A stretch of DNA of 32,000 nucleotides. Origin: Akkermansia muciniphila ATCC BAA-835 (GTDB taxonomy: Bacteria; Verrucomicrobiota; Verrucomicrobiia; Verrucomicrobiales; Akkermansiaceae). Positions 25,600 to 32,000 of this stretch are shown one piece after another. The stretch lies in assembly GCF_000020225.1 (NCBI RefSeq), contig NC_010655.1, positions 450,001 to 482,000 on the forward strand, read 5' to 3'. A program made the position numbers and the translations under genes. The notes beneath the pieces are model-generated. The model saw only the letters and a program-made list of their open reading frames with translations, was not told where the DNA came from and did no database searches. The number at the start of each line of letters is the position of its first letter. Position 1 is the stretch's first letter.

Positions 25600-26070
25600 G
25601 CGGCACGAACCCATTTGCAAAACAGGCTCCGGCAGACAAACCGGCATCAAGGAAAACGGGAAAGGACAGGCCAGAATTCCGTCCAACTCCCCCTGCAGCG
25701 CTTCAATAGGCTGGGAATGTCCCGTATATCGCCGCAACGGCCAAAAGTCCAAAGGGACGGCTCCTGCATGGCTGCCTTTTTCAGCCACCGCCGGTATGCG
25801 GAACATATTGAAATCGGAAAAAGCCCTGCAACCCATGCCAACGGCAGAACCCCGGGAAAAACGCCTACCGACTGAAATCAGCCACGATATCATCTCCGGA
25901 AGGCTTCTGTTCCATTTCCTGTTTGTACGAACAATCTTCTCCCTGCCGTCGGAAAACCTGGCGCTTTTCCTTACATCGTAAAATCTATTTTAAGCAAACA
26001 ACGGGAAGACCCGGTCAACTCAGCGAGGGATTTCCGCAAAACAGAAGCTTTCCTTTTCAAAAATCAGGTA

Positions 26071-26101
26071 TGAAAAAGGGCGCATCCTTTTGGATGCGCC
26101 C
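26071..26101 (-). terminator. Rho-independent terminator of the pilin-like gene
   Basis: On the minus strand GGGCGCATCC-AAAA-GGATGCGCCC (26078-26101) forms a perfect 10-bp stem, followed by TTTTTCA. It starts 26 nt after the TAA at 26127-29. Confidence 0.7.
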
Positions 26102-26126
26102 TGTGCAAATCATGCCGGCGGCGAAT

Positions 26127-26885
26127 TTACTCCTGGCCGCTGAAATCAGGCGTGAGGATCAGGAACTGGTCGCTGATGTCCTTGCCCCTTCTCTTGGGAA
26201 TGAAGGTATCCTGAAGGTTGTCGTTGTCGTCCAGTTCCAGGGTCTTGGCACTCTGGGCAGTCGTGAAAATCAGAACCTTGCCGCGGAAGCTTTCCGGGTC
26301 AAAACGCACGGCATTGCCAGCCACAACGGTGCTGCCGTCTTCACCAGGAAGCACGGAAGTGACCATCAGGGGATATTCCCCCACGGAACTTCCAATACCC
26401 ACTTTCTTGTTATTGTCACCCTTGCGCATGACGTAGGAAATACCCACTTCACCGGGGGTCAGGGCCTGACCGTCGTAAATTTCACCGTTGGGAGTAACGG
26501 TGGAACCGCCGGAAGGAGTCTGAACTTTGGCGTAAAAGTTGCTTTCGGAAACAGACTCATTGCCCAGAAGCTGACGGAAATAGTCATTGGAAGTATCGCC
26601 CTGAAGTGCGCCCAGGCCGCTCATATAATTATGCTGGGCAACAACGCGGTCGGCAGTGATGTCATCGGGGAAATTGCCCAGTTTGCTGTTGGATTTGAAC
26701 TCGTTCATCGCTACGCCCACGTTCTTCATGTTGGTCAGGGCCTGCATCTGGTCGCCTTTGTTGATCTGGTTCAGGATAGGACCATAGGCCACGGAAGCCA
26801 GCAGGGCGATAATGGCAATGACAACCAAGAGTTCAATCAGGGTAAACCCCCTGCGTAACTGGTGTGTTGCAAAAGATACTTTCAT
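26127..26885 (-). CDS. Prepilin-type N-terminal cleavage/methylation domain protein (type IV pilin / T2SS pseudopilin-like)
   Basis: The N-terminus MKVSFATHQLRRGFTLIELLVVIAIIALLASVAYGP is the class III signal (G|FTLIELLVV with Glu at +5) followed by the hydrophobic helix. The rest is a 200-aa globular domain I do not recognise. Confidence 0.85.
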   Translation of the reverse strand: MKVSFATHQLRRGFTLIELLVVIAIIALLASVAYGPILNQINKGDQMQALTNMKNVGVAMNEFKSNSKLGNFPDDITADRVVAQHNYMSGLGALQGDTSNDYFRQLLGNESVSESNFYAKVQTPSGGSTVTPNGEIYDGQALTPGEVGISYVMRKGDNNKKVGIGSSVGEYPLMVTSVLPGEDGSTVVAGNAVRFDPESFRGKVLIFTTAQSAKTLELDDNDNLQDTFIPKRRGKDISDQFLILTPDFSGQE

Positions 26886-27037
26886 TGTTGGATATGATGG
26901 AATGTTTACAGTTTAAGAAAACCGTACGTGGTTATCTATGTTCGTTTCTACTATTAACGCGATTTCCCAGTCAGGACAAGCATATTCTCATAAAAATCTT
27001 GGTCCTGCAAGGAGTGAAAACTCTGCCGCAGCCCCCC

Positions 27038-27064
27038 TGCAAAAGGCCCGGAAAATACCGGGCC
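27038..27064 (-). terminator. Putative rho-independent terminator of rph
   Basis: On the minus strand GGCCCGG-TATTTT-CCGGGCC (27045-27064) is followed by TTTTGCAGG. It starts 14 nt after the TAG at 27078-80. Confidence 0.6.
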
Positions 27065-27077
27065 ATGGGGAAAAATC

Positions 27078-27863
27078 CTACCTGCCGCTGCCGAAAAAGG
27101 AACTCAACCCTTCCAAAGCTCCGGCGGACGGCCTGTCCTCCTCGGCAATCACCTGCCGCTGGAGTTCCGCGATCTCTTCCAGCCCCTTGCGGCCTAATTC
27201 CAGCATCCGGTTCATCTGATCCGCCGTGAACACGGCCTCTTCACCGGACCCCTGCACCTCCACAAACTCTCCCTGGTCGGTCATCACCAGATTCATATCC
27301 ACTTCCGCATCCTTATCCTCCACATAGCAGAGATCCAGCAGAGCCTCTCCCTCCAGTATTCCCACGGATACGGCGGAAACCAGCCTCTTCATGGGAGACT
27401 CCGCCAGCTTTCCTTCCGCGACAAGCTTGTTCACGGCAATGGCCAGAGCTACGGAAGCCCCGGTAATGGAAGCGGTGCGGGTACCGCCATCAGCCTGTAA
27501 AACGTCGCAATCCACCCAAATCGTGCGCTGGCCGATCTTGCCCAGATCCACGGCCGCCCTCAGGGAACGGCCGATCAGACGCTGGATCTCGCTGGAACGT
27601 CCGTCCAGTTTCCCCGCCGTAATATCCCGGCGTTTACGGTCAAGCGTGGAATAGGGAAGCATGGAATACTCCGCCGTCAGCCATCCTCCCTCCACACGCT
27701 GAACCTTCATCCAGCGGGGTACATCCTCCTCAATCGTAACGGCGCAAATCACCTTGGTGCGTCCGAAAGTCACCAGCACGGAAGCCGTGGCATTCGGGGC
27801 GATACCCGTTTCAAAGCTGATCGGACGCAACTGGTCCACAAGTCGTTTATCCTGACGTTCCAT
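27078..27863 (-). CDS. rph: Ribonuclease PH
   Basis: DQLRPISFETG...ASVLVTFGRTKVICAVTIEEDVPRWMK...GWLTAEYSMLPYST..R..RD...GRSSEIQRLIGRSLRAAVDL...TIWVDCDVLQADGGTRTASITGASVALAIAV aligns along its length with E. coli RNase PH as I remember it. I chose the ATG at 27861-63 (MERQDK...), because the longer track start at 27899 would overlap the divergent gene. About 25 extra C-terminal residues lie beyond the usual end. Confidence 0.9.
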   Translation of the reverse strand: MERQDKRLVDQLRPISFETGIAPNATASVLVTFGRTKVICAVTIEEDVPRWMKVQRVEGGWLTAEYSMLPYSTLDRKRRDITAGKLDGRSSEIQRLIGRSLRAAVDLGKIGQRTIWVDCDVLQADGGTRTASITGASVALAIAVNKLVAEGKLAESPMKRLVSAVSVGILEGEALLDLCYVEDKDAEVDMNLVMTDQGEFVEVQGSGEEAVFTADQMNRMLELGRKGLEEIAELQRQVIAEEDRPSAGALEGLSSFFGSGR

Positions 27864-27943
27864 GCGGGGAATCATGACGGATGCCGTCATCTTTTTCAAA
27901 TGGAAAGATGGAATTCCCGTTCCAAACCGCTAATATCCCTCCC

Positions 27944-29323
27944 ATGAAACACCCTCGCACCCGTGTGGCCGTCATTGACGTGGTGGCCCTTTCCCGCCAG
28001 ATGATGGAACACATGCCGCGGCTCTCCGCCTGGGCGGAGGGGCGGAGCGTTTCCTCCTTCCCCCCGGCCTTTCCGGCCCTCACCTGCTCTGCCCAGAGCA
28101 CCTACGTGACAGGGCTTTCCCCGCGGGAGCACGCCATTCCCGGCAACGGATGGTACAACCGGAATATGTGTGAAATCCAATTCTGGAAGCAGTCCAACAA
28201 GCTGGTGCAGGGCCCGCGCCTCTGGGAGAAACTGAGGGAACGGTACGGTTCCGGCTTCACCTGCGCCAAACTTTTCTGGTGGTACAACATGTATTCCACG
28301 GCGGACTGGACCATCACGCCGCGCCCCATGTACCCGGCAGACGGCCGCAAGATCTTCGACATTTACACCCAACCCATGGAACTCCGGGAAACCATTAAAA
28401 AGGATCTGGGAGAATTCCCCTTCCCCACCTTCTGGGGCCCCATGGCAGGGATTCAGTCCTCCCAATGGATAGCAGACTCCGCCCGGTGGGTGGAACGGAA
28501 ACATCGCCCTGACCTCAGCCTCATCTATCTGCCCTATCTGGACTATGACCTTCAGAAATTCGGACCGTCCTCGACCCAGGCTGCCCACGCGGCAGAGGCT
28601 ATGGACGGTCTTCTCTGCGACTTGATCGACTTTCTGGAACGGGAAGGCGTCACCCCCGTCGTCCTCAGTGAATACGGTATTTCCGACGTATCCCGCAGCA
28701 TTGCCCTCAACCGCCTCTTCCGGGAACGGGGCTGGATTACCGTCAAACCGGAAATGGGTACGGAAATGCTGGACTGCGGCGCCTCCCGCGCCTTTGCCGT
28801 GGCGGATCACCAGACTGCCCATATCTACATCAATGATCCTTCCGTAAAAGAAGAAGTGAAAGCACTGCTCTCCGCCACACCCGGAGTGGAAGAAATCAGG
28901 GAAACGGACTTCTCCGGCCTTTCTTCCGCGGCTCTGGAACGCCTGCCGGAATTCACCGCCGTCGCAGCCCCGGATGCATGGTTCACCTACTATTACTGGC
29001 TGGATGACACCAAGGCGCCGGACTTCGCCCGCTGCGTGGACATCCACCGCAAACCCGGCTATGACCCCGCGGAAATGTTCTTTGATCCGGGCCTTACCCT
29101 CCCCATGTTCCATGCCGCCGCCTTTCTGCTGAAAAAAAAGCTGGGGTTCCGCGCCCTGATGAAAGTTATCCCCCTCAATGGCGACCAGGTGAAAGGCTCC
29201 CATGGCAGAGACCGGGTGCCTGCAAACCAGCAGCCCGTATTCATCGGCCCGGCCTTCCTGCCGGAAATCCATGCTGCTGAGGATGTCCATCAAGCCATCC
29301 TCTCCGTCTTTGAAAAAGAATAA
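27944..29323 (+). CDS. Alkaline-phosphatase-superfamily protein, type I phosphodiesterase/nucleotide pyrophosphatase-like
   Basis: VAVIDVVALSRQ...PAFPALTCSAQSTYVTGLSPREHAIPGNGWY resembles the metal-binding Asp and nucleophile Thr region of the Phosphodiest family. ...SEYGISDV and ...GSHGR lie further on. The substrate is unknown. The start is set at the ATG at 27944 (MKHPRTRVAVIDVV) to avoid overlap with rph; the track start is 27881. Confidence 0.65.
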   Translation: MKHPRTRVAVIDVVALSRQMMEHMPRLSAWAEGRSVSSFPPAFPALTCSAQSTYVTGLSPREHAIPGNGWYNRNMCEIQFWKQSNKLVQGPRLWEKLRERYGSGFTCAKLFWWYNMYSTADWTITPRPMYPADGRKIFDIYTQPMELRETIKKDLGEFPFPTFWGPMAGIQSSQWIADSARWVERKHRPDLSLIYLPYLDYDLQKFGPSSTQAAHAAEAMDGLLCDLIDFLEREGVTPVVLSEYGISDVSRSIALNRLFRERGWITVKPEMGTEMLDCGASRAFAVADHQTAHIYINDPSVKEEVKALLSATPGVEEIRETDFSGLSSAALERLPEFTAVAAPDAWFTYYYWLDDTKAPDFARCVDIHRKPGYDPAEMFFDPGLTLPMFHAAAFLLKKKLGFRALMKVIPLNGDQVKGSHGRDRVPANQQPVFIGPAFLPEIHAAEDVHQAILSVFEKE

Positions 29324-29335
29324 TAGCGGTTCCCC

Positions 29336-31504
29336 TCAGCGGGCATCCGGACGGGGGTCATATTCCAGGCCGGGAACCTCCCGGTAATGAATGCCGTCCC
29401 ACAGGACGGGAATGCAGCAGAAAAACCAGCTTCTCTGGCCGTCGTCTCCCTTCCAGTGCCCGAACACGCTGCGGATCAATACACGGTTCAACCCCTTGCG
29501 GAGCTTGATCTTTACAGGAGGGCGGAAAAAATACCCTTCCCAGGTCAGAGGAGCTTCTTCAATGCGCCCCTTTCCCCACCCCGTCCAGGGCAGGCTCTTG
29601 AAAGGCCACCTGGGAGGGTTCACGCGCCTTCCGTTCAACCATACGTCCCCGCCGGAAAAATCCCAGCTTCCCTGTTCAGGGGCGCGTGCGCTGCGGTACC
29701 CGCCTGAATGCCCCCACATGCCGTTCAGGCCAAACATCAGCCACACCTCCTGCTCCCTGGGGCTGCGGATGAAAGTCAGAGCATAGCAGGTTCCATCCTC
29801 CTTTCCAACCTCCCTTGACATCAGCGTGGGCCAGTGGTCCGTCCGGTACTGGTTCCGGTGCATGTTGAACATCGCAAAAAGATGCCTGACATGTACGGCG
29901 GCGCCGTAAACAGGAGTCTTCTTCCAGGCCAGTATCCTGTCCCCGTCCCTGTAGGAAGGGGCTATTCTTCTTTCCGGTTCAAAAGAGGTATCATTCTTCC
30001 CCCGGTGGTCGAATGGCCCCACCAGGCTCCAGGCAACGTCCGCCTGTTTCACATAGGCAAAAGGAACGCCTTGGAAAAAATGATCACGATGGAAAGCCAA
30101 ACGCTGTTCAAACTCCCGGAATTCCTTCCAGCCGTCCGTTCCCCTGGGGGGAAGCTGGGCCATATAATCCCTCCTCTTGGTAGCGCTTCCGCGCCAGACA
30201 CGCTCTGCAAACGTCAATGCACAAGGATAAAACGGATACTGTTCCAGCACCCGCCTCTCACTGCTCAGGTTTCCGTCGCACCACACGGGCATGATGGCCC
30301 CCAACGCCTTATCATCCCCTTGAGGCACCTCGCAGGGCTGCTGGAAAAACACCTGGTACACGCCGGACTGGGAATCCGCCCAGTCAATGTAAAAACCATT
30401 GCTGTCGATGCGCTTCATATTCTTATCCATCCTGGCGCCGGCCTCGTTCTCTCCCCAGCACATCAATACGGAATCCTTATCGTGCGGGCCGCCCGGAGAC
30501 CACACGACCACCTCCTTGCCCTTCCCGCGGATATGCTCCGCCATACGTGGGATAAAATCCTTCATGGAAATGTGCGCCTCGTCGGATCCCATGTGGAAAA
30601 ACCTCCCGGGAAACAGGGAAACGGCCTCGTCCACGACATCCTTCAATATGGAAACACCCTTCTCCGTCTGCATGCCGGTCTTCATGGCCCTGGCAAAAGG
30701 CTGGCTGTGTCCCGGCATGTCAATCTCCGGAATCACCTGGATATTCAACCGGGCGCAATAATCCGTCAGATCCTTCAATTGAGCCTGTGTATAAAACCGC
30801 CCCGGGAGCCGGGACTTCCAATGAAAAGCCCCATCCGTCAGGGCCGGATACTTCTTCACTTCCAGCCTCCATGCGGGATCATCCGTCAAATGAAGATGCA
30901 GCGTATTAATCTTATAGCGGGAAAGACGGCGCATCACCTCCTTGATCAAGGCAGGAGACATGTAATAACGCCCCACATCCAGCATAATTCCCCGCAGGAC
31001 GAAAGCGGGTTTGTCACTAATACGCACAACAGGCATGGCAAATTCCCCTTCTCTATTGAAAACCAGTTGCCGCAGCGTTTGAAGAGCGTTAAAAAAACCG
31101 CCAAAACTTCCTGCCCTGACGGTTGCTTTTCCCAATCCGACGGACAGGTCATACCCCTCTCCTTTCATCCTGGCGTCCGGAAACAATTCCCATGTCATGG
31201 CACCTTCAGCAGCCCCCCCACTATTCAGGGAACCCTGAATGCCGGAAGTCCTGAATATGTCCTTGATCTCCTTCATCAAATCATCCCTGCCAGGAACATC
31301 CGAACCAACCTTCACATGAACGCTCCTGAAACCTGCCTCGCCCGCGCCCCTGACGACTTTGGAAGGATATGGAATAAGCGCGGGGGAAGAAAACTCCGGC
31401 ACAGGCGCGGTAACCACCCCTCCGGCCAGCGGCCCCCATGAAAAATAAATCAGCAAGGCAATAAAAAACCGTACGGGAATGCTGAACACTCTGAACAAAA
31501 GCAT
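29336..31504 (-). CDS. Secreted beta-N-acetylhexosaminidase (GH20) with a C-terminal extension of about 250 aa
   Basis: It has an N-terminal hydrophobic signal. The GH20 catalytic barrel motifs are RGIMLDVGRYYMS, INTLHLHLTDDPAWRLE, VIPEIDMPGHS and FHMGSDE (the catalytic Asp-Glu pair). Confidence 0.9.
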   Translation of the reverse strand: MLLFRVFSIPVRFFIALLIYFSWGPLAGGVVTAPVPEFSSPALIPYPSKVVRGAGEAGFRSVHVKVGSDVPGRDDLMKEIKDIFRTSGIQGSLNSGGAAEGAMTWELFPDARMKGEGYDLSVGLGKATVRAGSFGGFFNALQTLRQLVFNREGEFAMPVVRISDKPAFVLRGIMLDVGRYYMSPALIKEVMRRLSRYKINTLHLHLTDDPAWRLEVKKYPALTDGAFHWKSRLPGRFYTQAQLKDLTDYCARLNIQVIPEIDMPGHSQPFARAMKTGMQTEKGVSILKDVVDEAVSLFPGRFFHMGSDEAHISMKDFIPRMAEHIRGKGKEVVVWSPGGPHDKDSVLMCWGENEAGARMDKNMKRIDSNGFYIDWADSQSGVYQVFFQQPCEVPQGDDKALGAIMPVWCDGNLSSERRVLEQYPFYPCALTFAERVWRGSATKRRDYMAQLPPRGTDGWKEFREFEQRLAFHRDHFFQGVPFAYVKQADVAWSLVGPFDHRGKNDTSFEPERRIAPSYRDGDRILAWKKTPVYGAAVHVRHLFAMFNMHRNQYRTDHWPTLMSREVGKEDGTCYALTFIRSPREQEVWLMFGLNGMWGHSGGYRSARAPEQGSWDFSGGDVWLNGRRVNPPRWPFKSLPWTGWGKGRIEEAPLTWEGYFFRPPVKIKLRKGLNRVLIRSVFGHWKGDDGQRSWFFCCIPVLWDGIHYREVPGLEYDPRPDAR

Positions 31505-31698
31505 TCCTTAACTACGGCATTCCATCTCCGCTCCTGTCAAAACAGGGCTTTCTCAACTGGGAAACCAAATGCTTTTCCCATCCTCTCCAACACCGACATG
31601 CTTATTCCTCCATATCGCTGTTTCCCTCCGCAAATCCGGCAATAACGAACGGGCGTCTTCGCTATCGTCCCGTTCATTCGCCAGACAGACTCCTCCAG

Positions 31699-32000
31699 TC
31701 AGTGCAAACGTTCCAGCAGGACGTCCATGTCCATGTAATCCTGCCCGTGAATCAATTCGCCGAGAATGGGCGCATCGGAAAACTCCTCCACCATGCTCCT
31801 GTTCGTCACGCAGGCAGTATCCCATTCATCTTTCACATTATTGAACACGATGCCCAGGCATTCCAGGCCGCGTTCCTTGATTGCATTCAGCGTTAACAGG
31901 GCATGGTTGATGGCTCCCAGCTTGTTGCCGATCACCAGAAGAACAGGCAGCTTGAAATCCGCAGCCATATCGCTGAAATTCCTTCCGGGGCCAATCGGGA
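31699..32000 (-). CDS. bioD: Dethiobiotin synthase, C-terminal part; gene continues beyond the right edge
   Basis: LPVLLVIGNKLGAINHALLTLNAIKERGLECLGIVFNNV matches the BioD block (V)VVG.KLGCINHALLT......G....GWV.N. The frame stays open to position 32000. TGA stop verified at 31699-31701. Confidence 0.8.
   Translation of the reverse strand, partial: PIGPGRNFSDMAADFKLPVLLVIGNKLGAINHALLTLNAIKERGLECLGIVFNNVKDEWDTACVTNRSMVEEFSDAPILGELIHGQDYMDMDVLLERLH

Noticed and set aside
25459-25893. A 144-aa minus-strand ORF in the fucosidase/pilin spacer.
   Set aside because: It is Cys/Arg-rich and overlaps the 3' end and the terminator hairpin of the fucosidase gene. It has no recognisable motif or plausible start context.
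7994-27863. Co-occurrence of the two phosphorolytic 3'-5' exoribonucleases, PNPase and RNase PH, in one window as a possible RNA-decay locus.
   Set aside because: They are 17 kb apart, in separate transcription units with their own terminators, and separated by unrelated genes. This is most likely coincidence.
1-32000. I looked for CRISPR-like regularly spaced repeats, tRNA/tmRNA T-loop motifs (GGTTCGAATCC-like), IS inverted repeats, integrase or recombinase genes, and toxin-antitoxin-sized gene pairs.
   Set aside because: I found none on either strand by eye. Short repeats below about 12 bp cannot be excluded without a computational repeat search.

Overview
This 32-kb window looks like chromosomal DNA from a Verrucomicrobiota genome, probably Akkermansia-like. 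That placement is an inference from gene content: GH29 fucosidase with discoidin domains, GH20 hexosaminidase, a prepilin-type GFTLIELLVV protein, an SHD1-thioredoxin fusion, a multiheme cytochrome-TPR fusion, and mid-50s %GC by eye. No database search was run. I can support about 24 protein genes, and most are housekeeping: pyrD (partial), thiE, pnp, rpsO, truA, nadD, rph, bioD (partial). Envelope and glycan genes make up most of the rest: an L,D-transpeptidase, an M23 peptidase, the fucosidase and hexosaminidase, and two tandem CNNM/CorC transporters. I found no rRNA, tRNA, CRISPR array, transposase or integrase. The ORF track translates GTG/TTG starts as M, so I moved several starts to better-supported internal ATGs. 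The stand-out is an 8.1-kb minus-strand module of three overlapping genes at 12976-21123. It encodes a 448-aa charged helical protein, then a 1728-aa protein with no motif I recognise, then an apparently intact phage terminase large subunit (TerL). Ordinary housekeeping genes flank it directly, and the window contains no capsid, portal, small terminase, tail, lysis or integrase gene. It is either a tightly trimmed prophage remnant or a domesticated terminase-based system of unknown function. Secondary observations are an octaheme cytochrome c-TPR protein co-oriented with a periplasmic SHD1-thioredoxin and a TetR regulator, an unusually long (about 880 bp) non-coding spacer inside the rpsO-pnp pair, and a stand-alone pilin-like gene next to a 470-bp empty spacer.
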